Part shown: positions 1 through 8,614 of the stretch, piece after piece
Layout: each line of letters opens with the position of its first letter
Position numbering within the stretch: position 1 is the first letter of the stretch
Origin: a virus
Taxonomy: Duplodnaviria; Heunggongvirae; Uroviricota; Caudoviricetes
Reading direction: 5' to 3' (one strand)
Virus record (IMG/VR): IMGVR_UViG_2731957818_000004
Length of the DNA stretch: 64,000 nucleotides
Position numbers and translations under genes: made by a program
The notes under the pieces: model-generated
The model's database searches: none
Seen by the model: the letters and a program-made list of their open reading frames with translations, nothing else
What the model was told of the DNA's origin: nothing

Positions 1-15
1 TCTACGATCTTCAAA

Positions 16-654
16 TCAGGCATATTCCACCTTCACGCGTTCTTTGTAGTGCTTGGTGATCTGCATATCCGGGCGCAGCGCGTTCTTCAGGTCTTCGTGG
101 GTCGTCGCCACCATTACCGTCGCGCCAACCTTTCGGGCGGCACGCTGGAGGTTCGACGCCACAACCTGGGCGGTTACGCGGTCGAGAACAGCGCCAAATT
201 CGTCGGCTGCCCAGACTTTGGCGCCTGACTCGATCAGCTTGGCGATCTTGAGACGGTATTTCTGACCGTCAGACATCTCGGATGGCTTACGCACAAAGAG
301 ATAGGCGTCATTCAATCCCGCCATAGACAGCAGCCCCAGCGCTTCGCTGGTGGTTTTGCCCAGCTGGTCAATGACGTTAACCTCATTGTCGAAGGTAAAG
401 TCATCGATGGAGGCTACAGAAAGCCCTTCATCCTTCATCTGGCGTTGCAGCTCGCGCAGCACAACGGATTTACCGGAACCGGATTGGCCGGTGATGTACA
501 CCACATCGCCCTGCTTCACTTCCAGCTCCAGATTGTCGTAAAGCGTCCACTCTTTTTCGTCCAGGCCAAGACCGAACGATTCGGCAATCTCCAGCGTGCG
601 CGTGGTTTTGTTCACGCGGGTCTGAAACGATACGTTGATGGTGTATTTGCTCAT
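16..654 (-). CDS. Soluble ABC-type ATPase with no transmembrane domain. Last gene of a three-gene operon.
   Basis: Walker A GQSGSGKS, ABC-signature-like MSDGQKYRL, Walker B VWAADEFGAVLD. Its ATG overlaps the upstream stop as ATGA. Confidence 0.6.
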   Translation of the reverse strand: MSKYTINVSFQTRVNKTTRTLEIAESFGLGLDEKEWTLYDNLELEVKQGDVVYITGQSGSGKSVVLRELQRQMKDEGLSVASIDDFTFDNEVNVIDQLGKTTSEALGLLSMAGLNDAYLFVRKPSEMSDGQKYRLKIAKLIESGAKVWAADEFGAVLDRVTAQVVASNLQRAARKVGATVMVATTHEDLKNALRPDMQITKHYKERVKVEYA

Positions 655-1319
655 GCAGCCAGCTCCCCAGAAGAAACTTTCTCCGCATACGCCACGAAAG
701 CGTCTACCCCGCTCTCTCCCGTGATTTCTTCCATGTGGGCAAGCAAATCCCCAACCACAATGGCAGAGCCAGCAGGGAGCGTTTTAAAGCCCAATACGTC
801 GATGACGCGGACTTCTTCAGAGGCTACTTCGCGACTGATCTCGGTGTGCTCTTCTTTCTGGCGTTCCGTCTCTTCGCCCAGATCGAGCACCAGAGAGCCG
901 GTTTCCATCTCTTCGGTCATGCTGCCGACAAGCACGTTCAGCTCGCGCTCTTCAAAACCGAAGACCTCGACGTCGCCCAGCACCAGGGATTCCAGTTCCT
1001 GCTGCAATTTGATGGCGTCGTAGTCAATACTGGCCAGGCGGTTGTCTTCCAGACGCTTTGCCTTCACTTCTTCTTCGCTCAGATCGTCGCGAACGATGAC
1101 CGGCACACGCTCCAGACCAGCCAGAAGTGCAGCCTCACGACGACCGTGGCCAGTAATGATGACGTCATGCTTGTCGACCGTGATCGGCTGGTCAAAACCG
1201 CGCTTTTTGATGGCGGCCGCCAGGTCGCGGATCTGCTGTTCGTCATGTTTTTTGGCGTTCATCTCATACGGGATGAGTTCTGCCGGGTTTCGATAGACGA
1301 TTTCAAAGTTTTTGGTCAT
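651..1319 (-). CDS. ParB/Srx-like nuclease-domain protein with an acidic C-terminal half.
   Basis: N-terminal ParB N-domain-like pattern (PAELIPY..NAKKH....IRDLAAAIKKRGFDQPITVD..VIITGHGRREAA). Start moved to the ATG at 1317-1319, which has an AAGGAG RBS and a TAATG overlap with the upstream stop. Confidence 0.55.
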   Translation of the reverse strand: MTKNFEIVYRNPAELIPYEMNAKKHDEQQIRDLAAAIKKRGFDQPITVDKHDVIITGHGRREAALLAGLERVPVIVRDDLSEEEVKAKRLEDNRLASIDYDAIKLQQELESLVLGDVEVFGFEERELNVLVGSMTEEMETGSLVLDLGEETERQKEEHTEISREVASEEVRVIDVLGFKTLPAGSAIVVGDLLAHMEEITGESGVDAFVAYAEKVSSGELAA

Positions 1320-2017
1320 TACATACGCTCCTTGTAGTAGTCGACCAGCCACACCAGGGCTTCCCCGGCGTTCTCCATTTCGTTACCGGTATTGATTCCC
1401 TGCTCTTTGATGATGGTTTTGATGGTGTCGGCGACGCGATCTGACGCATCAAACGTCACTTTGAAGCGCATCGTCTGGTGTTCAGCGCCGACTCGCTCGG
1501 TTTTCTCGCGTTTGTCCTCATCGACCGGCTCGTCATCGCCACGGGAGAGCGCTTCCAGCGCTTCAAGATCGATAACGGACGCTTTGGCGAGTGTTGCCGC
1601 CATTTCGTCGTCATACGGGGCGATATCGGACAACCGGTAGTCGATTTCAGACTGGATTTCTTCGATTAAGCGCTGCAAAGCGACCTGATCGTCTTCGCCG
1701 TAGCGCTCGTTATCGACCAGGGACATCTGTTTGGCCACCAGGTCGTTAATTTTGCCCACGGAGATGACGGGAACCGTTGAAATGCCCTGCTCCATCGCGG
1801 CACGCCAGCGGTGTTCGCCACCGAGGATCTCAAAAACGCCCCCGTCCAGCTCCCGCGCCAGAATTGGCTTAAAAAAGCCCAATTTTTCGATAGAGCCTTT
1901 CAGTTTTTCGAAGTTTTGCGCCCCAACGGAGTTGGTATTCCAGGGATTCGGACGCAGGTTCGCGACTTCCACCTGCAGAATCGTAATTTTCACATCCATA
2001 ATTCTGATACAATCCAT
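1319..2017 (-). CDS. ParB/Srx-like nuclease-domain protein with an acidic C-terminal region.
   Basis: Motif LRPNPWNTN...ILGGEHRWRAAMEQGISTVPVI, typical of a ParB N-terminal domain. First gene of the operon. Confidence 0.55.
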   Translation of the reverse strand: MDCIRIMDVKITILQVEVANLRPNPWNTNSVGAQNFEKLKGSIEKLGFFKPILARELDGGVFEILGGEHRWRAAMEQGISTVPVISVGKINDLVAKQMSLVDNERYGEDDQVALQRLIEEIQSEIDYRLSDIAPYDDEMAATLAKASVIDLEALEALSRGDDEPVDEDKREKTERVGAEHQTMRFKVTFDASDRVADTIKTIIKEQGINTGNEMENAGEALVWLVDYYKERM

Positions 2018-2018
2018 T

Positions 2019-2037
2019 GTATAAGTACTTACTCACT
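2019..2037. promoter_or_regulatory. Class B palindrome half-site (TATAAGTACTTAC) in the divergent promoter region between the ParB operon and the helicase. A TATAAT box lies adjacent.
   Basis: Seen directly. Confidence 0.45.
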
Positions 2038-2081
2038 ATAATAGCCAATTACCATACAAAAGGCACGAAGGAAAGAGGTTT

Positions 2082-3641
2082 ATGACAGTTCGGATTGTAT
2101 CGAATGCAGTCAATGCGCTGATTTCTGGCGCTGATGACAACGTGAAACGGCTCGTTCAGGAGATGTTGAGCTATGAAGTGGAGGCTGGTGACTGGAAAGG
2201 AACCAGCACGATGTTCAACTGGAGTAAAAACGCGTTCCCGGCTGGGTTTGCGAAGCCAGTAGCGGCCAACCTTCTGAAAGCTGGCATCAAATGCGTGCAT
2301 GTGCGCAAGGAAAAAGCCCCCGCGCTGGGTAATCCGAACCCGGTAGTTAACCCATTCCCGTATAACCCGGACTATGCGTATCAGGATCAGACTGTGGAAA
2401 CACTGGTGCGCGAAGGGATGATGATTGCCCAGATTGCGACGGGTGGCGGTAAATCGAACGTAGCGTGTAAGGCAGCTGCTCGCATTGGTCGTATGACGCT
2501 GTTTTTAACCACGCGCTCGGTTCTGATGTTCCAGATGGCAGAGAACTTCCAGAAATCCATCGACTACCGCGCGGAGAATGGCGAGCCGTGGTTGAAAGGT
2601 CAGAAAGTTGGGGTGATTGGATCTGGTGAGTTCCAGGTCTCGCGCCATATCAACGTTGCCACGGTGCAGACCCTGGCCAGTTTTCTCGAAGAGCCACCGC
2701 GCGACGCATCGCCGGAGAAAAAACAGTACCACCTGAAGCGCCGGGAACTGGTTAAGCGCTTTCTGTCCAGCGTTTCTCTGCTGATTCTGGAAGAGGCACA
2801 CGAATCATCTGGTTCAAACTTCTACGATATCGCCAGGTTGTGCATCAATGCCGATTACCGTCTGGCGCTGACAGCTACGCCGTTCATGAAGGACTCGACC
2901 GAGGCAAATATGCGTCTCATGGCCGTTGCCGGCCGCATTGAGATAAAGGTAACGGAGAAATATTTGATCGATCGAGGTATTTTAGCGAAACCATACTTTC
3001 TATATCATAAAATCGCGTACACTCCAGACGAGGTGCGGATTAGGGCCGAACTTGCTTCGAAACACCTGAACTTTCGGGTTGGAATGAGTACGGCTTACCA
3101 GAAAGCCTATCAATTAGGCATCGTTTACAATCTGGGCCGCAACGAGGCTATTGTGCGCGAAGCGTTAATGTACAAAAGTCACGGTCTGAACTGTATGACG
3201 CTGGTTCGTTTGAAGCGTCATGGTCAGATTTTGATGGAAATGATGAAGGAAAGCGGCCTGAAGGTCGATTTCATCTACGGAGAATCAAACCAGACTACCC
3301 GACAAGCAAAGCTCAACAGTCTGGCGGCAGGCAAGATAGATGTTCTGATTGGTTCAACCATTCTGGATGTTGGTGTCGACGTTCCAAGCGTAGGGGCGGT
3401 GATTCTGGGTGGTGGCGGCAAAGCCGAAGTTGAGATGCGCCAACGTGTTGGTCGCGGTCTTCGAGCCAAAAAGAATCAGGCTAACGTGTGCTTTATTACC
3501 GACTTTATCGACGTGAGCAACAAATATCTCATGTCGCATTCATATGAGCGGAAGCACATTATCGATACGACGCCTGGGTTTGCCGAGGGCGTATTGCCGG
3601 TGGGTAGCACATTCGATTTCACTGTTTTGAATAGAGAGTAA
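2082..3641 (+). CDS. SF2 DNA helicase (DEAD/DEAH-like; ResIII plus helicase C-terminal domain; UvsW/RecG-like candidate).
   Basis: Motif I QIATGGGKSN, motif II LILEEAHE, motif III LTATPF, motif VI QRVGRGLR. Divergent from the ParB operon. Confidence 0.7.
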   Translation: MTVRIVSNAVNALISGADDNVKRLVQEMLSYEVEAGDWKGTSTMFNWSKNAFPAGFAKPVAANLLKAGIKCVHVRKEKAPALGNPNPVVNPFPYNPDYAYQDQTVETLVREGMMIAQIATGGGKSNVACKAAARIGRMTLFLTTRSVLMFQMAENFQKSIDYRAENGEPWLKGQKVGVIGSGEFQVSRHINVATVQTLASFLEEPPRDASPEKKQYHLKRRELVKRFLSSVSLLILEEAHESSGSNFYDIARLCINADYRLALTATPFMKDSTEANMRLMAVAGRIEIKVTEKYLIDRGILAKPYFLYHKIAYTPDEVRIRAELASKHLNFRVGMSTAYQKAYQLGIVYNLGRNEAIVREALMYKSHGLNCMTLVRLKRHGQILMEMMKESGLKVDFIYGESNQTTRQAKLNSLAAGKIDVLIGSTILDVGVDVPSVGAVILGGGGKAEVEMRQRVGRGLRAKKNQANVCFITDFIDVSNKYLMSHSYERKHIIDTTPGFAEGVLPVGSTFDFTVLNRE

Positions 3642-3643
3642 GC

Positions 3644-3922
3644 ATGAGCGAGAAACGCGCTATACACTGCCAGGTTCAGTTAACCGAAAAAGCAAACGAC
3701 AAGCTGGAAACCTTTCAGAATCGACTGCGTGAACGCAATATTAAGCTGTCAAAGGCAGACATCATCAATCTGGTGCTGTCCAACATGACGATGGCTGATT
3801 TTGATAAGGCAGCTACGTCATTAGAGGCTTCTGCAAAGGCCCGTGAAAAGGTCATGAAGATTTACGAATCCTCTGGCATGACCAAAGAAGATCTGGCCGA
3901 TATTCTCAAACGTCTCGATTAA
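3644..3922 (+). CDS. Small hypothetical protein, possibly a ribbon-helix-helix DNA binder.
   Basis: 92-aa ORF starting 3 nt after the helicase stop. N-terminal beta-strand-then-helix pattern (RAIHCQVQLTEKANDKL). Confidence 0.4.
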   Translation: MSEKRAIHCQVQLTEKANDKLETFQNRLRERNIKLSKADIINLVLSNMTMADFDKAATSLEASAKAREKVMKIYESSGMTKEDLADILKRLD

Positions 3923-3981
3923 GCATTAAGGGCGTCGCAAGACGCCTTGTTCGTTGAAGTGATAAGGATTTAGTTCAAGCC

Positions 3982-4284
3982 ATGAAACACGTTCTACTTC
4001 CACTGATTACCATCCCCGTTTTACTCCTGAGTGCATGTTCATACCGCCCTGTGTCTGTAGCCGATGCAAAACCGGCGCCGCAGGCCAGAGTTTTCAAATA
4101 CCAGACGTCTGCACCAACCACGCTGGTGGTTATGAGGGACAAAGGTATGATAGGTGCGGGCTGTGACGCACTGAACCCTGCTCGTCAGGAACGCGAGACC
4201 ATCACCAAAGCTGGCGAGACGAAAGTCTTCCGGGTGTTCACCAGCAACGCAGGTGACATCGATATCCTACCAACGACACTGTGA
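3982..4284 (+). CDS. Small lipoprotein.
   Basis: Signal peptide plus lipobox LLLSAC. Confidence 0.55.
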   Translation: MKHVLLPLITIPVLLLSACSYRPVSVADAKPAPQARVFKYQTSAPTTLVVMRDKGMIGAGCDALNPARQERETITKAGETKVFRVFTSNAGDIDILPTTL

Positions 4285-4816
4285 CGATATGACGAATATT
4301 ACTGACATCACCTACGGGATTCCTGCAGAAGTCTGGCCGCGCGATTACACCAACGTGGAGAAGGCGCTGATGTTCTGGCGTAAGTCTCTCATTCCTGTAA
4401 GGGTCACGATGGAAGATGGTCAGGTGTTCTGCATGTACGTTCAGGGTCTCATGTCGTCGCGCAACAAAGTCGATCTTTGCCCTGCCCCGTTCGACAAAGA
4501 AAATCGTATAAGGCTCCCACTTGAGCGAATCAGTACGATTGAATCAGGTGTGACAGAAGGCATTGCGCACGATTTCACGGGTCGGACAACGGTACACCCA
4601 GACTATGTGGACAATCGGCCATCTCGCCGTGATTTCTTCAAAATTTGTCGCCAGGCTCATGAGATGCAGAAGTCTATAAGGGTCTACATGGCGGATGGCC
4701 GTGAACTTGAAGGTGTGTCTTCAGGCGTTGACGCTTGTCAGGTCACACTCAGCGTTGGCGATGGTCGGAAGATGGTCGTCATGTTCGATTGGGTTGAACG
4801 AATTTTACCGTTTTAA
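4253..4816 (+). CDS. Hypothetical protein. The start is uncertain; an alternative ATG lies at 4289.
   Basis: ORF adjacent to the lipoprotein gene. No recognisable motifs. Confidence 0.4.
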   Translation: MTSISYQRHCDDMTNITDITYGIPAEVWPRDYTNVEKALMFWRKSLIPVRVTMEDGQVFCMYVQGLMSSRNKVDLCPAPFDKENRIRLPLERISTIESGVTEGIAHDFTGRTTVHPDYVDNRPSRRDFFKICRQAHEMQKSIRVYMADGRELEGVSSGVDACQVTLSVGDGRKMVVMFDWVERILPF

Positions 4817-4819
4817 GTT

Positions 4820-5128
4820 ATGAAAGCGATTTTACTATCCTCAATTCTTCTCGCATCGTCCACGGCAGCCTCAGCTATGGACTATAAACCAGTTATTCAG
4901 TCACTCATGAACGACGTCTGTTCGTCATCGGACAATGTGTCGATTTGCATGTACCAGTTCGCAGCCGCTGTCAAAGCGGGAAAGACAATTGGAGAGAGTG
5001 CCCAAAACTGTAAGGGGCGTTCGGCTGACCAAAGGGAGATGTTGGAGTGTGATGCCAGCGAGTCATCGGCACACTTCGTCGATGCACTCTTTGACACTAA
5101 CCGAAAAATTGTCGAGTCTGCTCAATAA
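4820..5128 (+). CDS. Small secreted/periplasmic protein.
   Basis: N-terminal signal peptide MKAILLSSILLASSTAASA. Cys-containing mature part. Confidence 0.5.
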   Translation: MKAILLSSILLASSTAASAMDYKPVIQSLMNDVCSSSDNVSICMYQFAAAVKAGKTIGESAQNCKGRSADQREMLECDASESSAHFVDALFDTNRKIVESAQ

Positions 5129-5450
5129 ATCTATAAGGGTAATAACCGGCTAAGTCCGGTTATTATTTTACGTGTCACTTCCCGTTATATTTATTTCACC
5201 CACCACGATTCCAGTTTAAATATATAAGGGTGATTGACCGAATAGGGAATTTATTTAGGCAACACCTTCGAGAAAACGCGATTTATTTCTAAGACTTTGA
5301 TTTTTATTGAAGAAAATTTTTTTTCGTTCCCGTGTAAAAAACTCTTGATTTTAATTTCTGTATATCGATAATTAGTCACATCGAAAGCGAACACGCTAAC
5401 GATAAACAAATAACAAATTAAGTTATCAATATTACATAAGGATTAATATC

Positions 5451-6101
5451 ATGTCTAACGTTGCTATCTCTAAAAAATCCATCATCGACGCTGCTGTAGT
5501 TATCGCTAACGAATTACAAGTAGCTGCCAACAATGCTACTCAGACTTATAACAATCATTATCAGAATGGTACGCACACAAAAGCAGATAAAGCCAACATG
5601 CTTGCAGCGACTACTAAACTGGCTTATTTCACCAACAACGTTTTAAACGCTGTTAATGATGATAAACTGGTTGGCGTGTTTTACTACGCGATTAAAGCAA
5701 GTAAACAAGCGCCAGAAGTGTTTTTCCGCGAAGCTATGACAAATAGCTATTCTCTCGAAAAATTGGTTTATCTGGTTAAATCTATCAAGTCTGGTAAATG
5801 CGTTTATTCCGTCGCTGATATGTCCGGATCTCGCGTATTCGCATTAATCGAAATGATTAATGATGAATTAGAAACATTCACAAATGGCGCTGTATTCGAT
5901 TTAATGAATGAAGCTAAAAAAGCATGTGAGATTAAATTAGACGCTGGCTATACGCAAGCAAACCAGTTAATTAATCTTTGTGAACGTCTCGGACTGGTCG
6001 AGAAGATCAAAGGAATGGGCGCAGCGAAAAACGGATCGCAACAATATCGCTTTATTAAGAATGATTTTTATAACTATCTGTCTGATGCTTTCAAAGCGTA
6101 A
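5451..6101 (+). CDS. Hypothetical protein encoded in a low-GC island.
   Basis: 216-aa N/K-rich ORF with an AT-rich upstream region and an AGGA-type RBS. Followed by a rho-independent terminator. Confidence 0.5.
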   Translation: MSNVAISKKSIIDAAVVIANELQVAANNATQTYNNHYQNGTHTKADKANMLAATTKLAYFTNNVLNAVNDDKLVGVFYYAIKASKQAPEVFFREAMTNSYSLEKLVYLVKSIKSGKCVYSVADMSGSRVFALIEMINDELETFTNGAVFDLMNEAKKACEIKLDAGYTQANQLINLCERLGLVEKIKGMGAAKNGSQQYRFIKNDFYNYLSDAFKA

Positions 6102-6111
6102 TTAGATGGAT

Positions 6112-6138
6112 ATAGCGCCCACTATGGGCGCTATTTTT
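6112..6138 (+). terminator. Intrinsic terminator, copy 1 (AGCGCCCACTATGGGCGCT plus T-run).
   Basis: GC hairpin followed by TATTTTT. Confidence 0.6.
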
Positions 6139-6151
6139 AAGGATAAAAATC

Positions 6152-6355
6152 ATGATTAGTTATGACCAGATCCGCGCGGAATATCGCGCAAAATATCGCG
6201 CTTATAAACTTGAATTAATCGACGACTTAAAAGCGCAACGTGACAAATTAAATTTTACGTTTTCTGATTTGCTTAACAGTAAAAGAGACTGTAAGCGCAA
6301 GCGTGAATATTTGCGCTTGTCTGAAATGATCGGAAAACTGCAAAACAGCATTTAA
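6152..6355 (+). CDS. Small basic helical protein.
   Basis: 67-aa ORF followed by a second copy of the same terminator. Confidence 0.4.
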   Translation: MISYDQIRAEYRAKYRAYKLELIDDLKAQRDKLNFTFSDLLNSKRDCKRKREYLRLSEMIGKLQNSI

Positions 6356-6360
6356 GCAAT

Positions 6361-6385
6361 AGCGCCCACTATGGGCGCTTTTTTC
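6361..6385 (+). terminator. Intrinsic terminator, copy 2: an identical hairpin.
   Basis: AGCGCCCACTATGGGCGCT followed by TTTTTTC. Confidence 0.65.
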
Positions 6386-6404
6386 GTTTCAAGATCCGCA
6401 CATC

Positions 6405-6433
6405 ATAACGCGCCATTGTTGGCGCGTTTTTTG
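6405..6433 (+). terminator. Intrinsic terminator.
   Basis: AACGCGCCATTGTTGGCGCGTT followed by TTTTTG. Confidence 0.5.
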
Positions 6434-6839
6434 TCTGAAGTCAGCCAAAACAGACCCAAAATAAGCGCCATAAATGCGCCAATTTAACGCGTTTTTATGT
6501 GTGGTGGTACATACCCATTACCCACAATAAAATCACGTTATAGCGCGTTTTACAGCGTTTTAGCGCGTGGATTATTTTGTCGTGTCGTGGGCGTGATCGT
6601 CTGGCGATAGCTGGCGACGTGATCCGCGCTATCCTTCGGGACGTGTCGGCAATGTTGGCGCTATCCGTGGGCGCTCGCGTATCATTGGCACGTTAGCGCG
6701 ACGTGTACGCGCTTGCAGTGGTTTACCCACGGATTCACATAATCACATAGCGAAAGCTATCTGGATGGCTCAGGGGCTGAAACCCACCAGCGCTACCCCA
6801 GCGCCCCTGCGATATTTTCTGGCAGGATTCTGGGCTTCT

Positions 6840-6960
6840 CCCGCTCTGTTTTCTACATAAAGGCAAACCCAGCCGTTTCCCGAAAATTCCCTGGCCGTTT
6901 CCCTTCGGTTCCCCGAACAGCCCTCTGGCCGTTTCTGAAATTCCCTGCGGCAGCTGGTGG
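6840..6960. repeat. Tandem degenerate repeats of about 25 bp (GGCCGTTTCCCGAAAATTCCCT-like).
   Basis: cagccgtttcccgaaaattccctggccgtttcccttcggttccccgaacagccctctggccgtttctgaaattccctgcgg. Confidence 0.5.
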
Positions 6961-6962
6961 AC

Positions 6963-6993
6963 GAAAAGAAAGGGGCGTTTCCAGCCCCTCCCC
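6963..6993 (-). terminator. Intrinsic terminator after 6996..7478.
   Basis: AGGGGC-TGGAAAC-GCCCCT plus a T-run on the minus strand. Confidence 0.5.
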
Positions 6994-6995
6994 TC

Positions 6996-7478
6996 TTACT
7001 TGCCATTCAGGATGTGAATGCGGTTCTTTCCGTACACCTCTTTCACGTATTCCCCGCACGAGACACTCCACGAGTCGATTCCTGCTTCGTAGGTGACGTT
7101 TTTGCACTTGATGGCATTGTTGGCGATACGCATCCCCTCCCCCACTGCTTCCTGTTCGCTGAAGTCGAACCCGGATTCTGTTTTAACCCATAGCGCGATC
7201 TGCGTGGCGAACTCGATGAGTTTTGACTGGCAGAAGCGACCGCTGCGTACCGGGAAGATGAATACGCCAAATCCCGAAGTGGAGACATACGCTTTTTCAA
7301 ATACGCGTTTATGGCGACGGTTGCAGATAATGTCATTGGTGATCTGCTGTTTCTCTTTCCCGGACAGCTCGATGGTTACATTGTCACGCCAGGCGCCCAG
7401 CACGCTTTTCTCGTCATCAGAGAACGTCACAGAAATATGGCCATGCGCAGGGGTGTTAACAGTAGCGATAAAGTTCAT
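6996..7478 (-). CDS. Hypothetical early protein.
   Basis: 160-aa ORF with the class A promoter/5'UTR motif and an AAAGGA RBS upstream. A terminator hairpin lies downstream at 6963-6993. Confidence 0.6.
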   Translation of the reverse strand: MNFIATVNTPAHGHISVTFSDDEKSVLGAWRDNVTIELSGKEKQQITNDIICNRRHKRVFEKAYVSTSGFGVFIFPVRSGRFCQSKLIEFATQIALWVKTESGFDFSEQEAVGEGMRIANNAIKCKNVTYEAGIDSWSVSCGEYVKEVYGKNRIHILNGK

Positions 7479-7492
7479 GGTGATAATCCTTT

Positions 7493-7505
7493 AAACAACT
7501 TGTTT
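7493..7505. promoter_or_regulatory. Class A palindrome (AAACAA-N-TTGTTT core of GAAAACAA-N-TTGTTTTC) in the 5' leader of gene 6996..7478.
   Basis: Between the -10 GATAAT and the RBS. Confidence 0.6.
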
Positions 7506-7682
7506 TCTTGTTGGTTTAATTATCGCTACGCGCATAAGGCGTCCAAGCGTTCTGTTCCGGCAGCTGGTGGCCGGCAGGGAGTCGGAGGGTTGTTCGGTAG
7601 CCTGGCGACAAGAGGTGGGTGTTTTTAGCCTGCGGGAACAGGATGGTCATTTAAGGCCACCAGCATGAGTGGCCTCGTCCTC

Positions 7683-7964
7683 TTAGTGGAGCAAACCGAC
7701 GTCGATGGTATCGCCGGAGCCATCCACGCGGATCATCAGCATGGCGAAGGCATTTAATGGGTAGCCTGCGTGCCAGTCCGGGAAGCGGTCATCGCGCATG
7801 AAGTCGGCAATGTCATAAACGCTGTCTTCAAAGCGGAAGAAGCGGGCATCACATTGTTCGTCCTGTTCAACGTGATCCATTTCCTGCTGCTCTTCCGGCG
7901 ACAGGTCGAGCCAGGATTCCAGCCATACGTTTTCAGCTTTAGGGGAGATAGTGAAATCGGTCAT
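7683..7964 (-). CDS. Small acidic early protein. Start moved to MTDF.
   Basis: GGAGG RBS 8 nt before the ATG at 7964. The ORF-track start lies inside the conserved UTR motif. Confidence 0.55.
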   Translation of the reverse strand: MTDFTISPKAENVWLESWLDLSPEEQQEMDHVEQDEQCDARFFRFEDSVYDIADFMRDDRFPDWHAGYPLNAFAMLMIRVDGSGDTIDVGLLH

Positions 7965-7983
7965 GTGCATATCCTCCATGCGT

Positions 7984-7998
7984 AAACATCTTGTTTTC
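7984..7998. promoter_or_regulatory. Class A palindrome, leader of 7683..7964. The extended -10 TGCGATAAT overlaps a TTATCCACA DnaA-box-like 9-mer.
   Basis: Seen directly. Confidence 0.55.
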
Positions 7999-8090
7999 TT
8001 GTTGGTGTAATTATCGCAATGTGGATAAGGCAAAAAACATTTTGTTATCGGGAATAAGAAAATGGCGCGGGGTACGCGCCATTGGAGGGA

Positions 8091-8486
8091 TTAAGCGAAT
8101 ACGCTTTCCGGGATGTAGGTTTCAACCGGTTCGTTGGACACGATGCGCAGACCGTATTGTCCAAGCCAGGTGTTGCTCGGGTTCAAGTGGGAGGTGTACA
8201 GCTCGTCTGCTTTCGCCATCATCTTCTCAAACATCTCTTTGTTTACGCCGCGGAAATACGTTTCCAGTTTCAGCAGCATTGGTTCGGATGCGTTGCTGAT
8301 GCTCTGGAAGCCTACGGTGTACACCCCATCCTCTTCTGTCCCGGTGCGAATCAGGTTGGTGGTGAGCACTTCAGTCCCGTTCGTGCTGTCACGCAGAATA
8401 GCGGTCAGTTTTGCAACTTTTCCGCCTGAGGTTGTTTCTGACGCATAGTACAAATCAAGAACCAGGTTTTCACGAATTACAGTCAT
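8091..8486 (-). CDS. Hypothetical early protein. Start moved to MTVIREN.
   Basis: GGGAGA RBS before the ATG at 8486. The track GTG start lies in the UTR. Confidence 0.55.
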   Translation of the reverse strand: MTVIRENLVLDLYYASETTSGGKVAKLTAILRDSTNGTEVLTTNLIRTGTEEDGVYTVGFQSISNASEPMLLKLETYFRGVNKEMFEKMMAKADELYTSHLNPSNTWLGQYGLRIVSNEPVETYIPESVFA

Positions 8487-8560
8487 TTTTGGTCTCCCTG
8501 TTGTTGACCTGATTATATTATTGTCATAGGTAAGCACTTACAATACAGGTAAGCAAAAAA

Positions 8561-8581
8561 GCCCCGAAGGATGGACGGGGC
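8561..8581 (-). terminator. Intrinsic terminator after 8615..8926.
   Basis: GCCCCGTCCATCCTTCGGGGC plus TTTTTT on the minus strand. Confidence 0.6.
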
Positions 8582-8614
8582 TGTCGTGGGGACGACTAAT
8601 CGCTTTTGCACATG

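Noticed and set aside
445-1352. Plus-strand ORFs 445..1023, 735..1337 and 1042..1296, and similar long antisense ORFs elsewhere (17258..18004, 20598..21317, 24965..25702, 35965..36621, 26290..26847).
   Set aside because: They are shadow ORFs on the strand opposite well-supported genes (ATPase/ParB, methyltransferase, RNase H, kinase, SbcD, thyA). They have Ser/Arg-rich composition and no start signals.
6770-7107. ORFs 6770..7006 and 6853..7107 (-), and 6957..7193 (+).
   Set aside because: They overlap the tandem GGCCGTTTCCC repeats and a terminator hairpin, have a biased composition, and lack start context.
7984-8010. Perfect DnaA box TTATCCACA inside the 7683..7964 promoter.
   Set aside because: It is a single isolated copy overlapping the extended -10 and is probably coincidental. 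Only the one at 38535 lies in an origin-like context.
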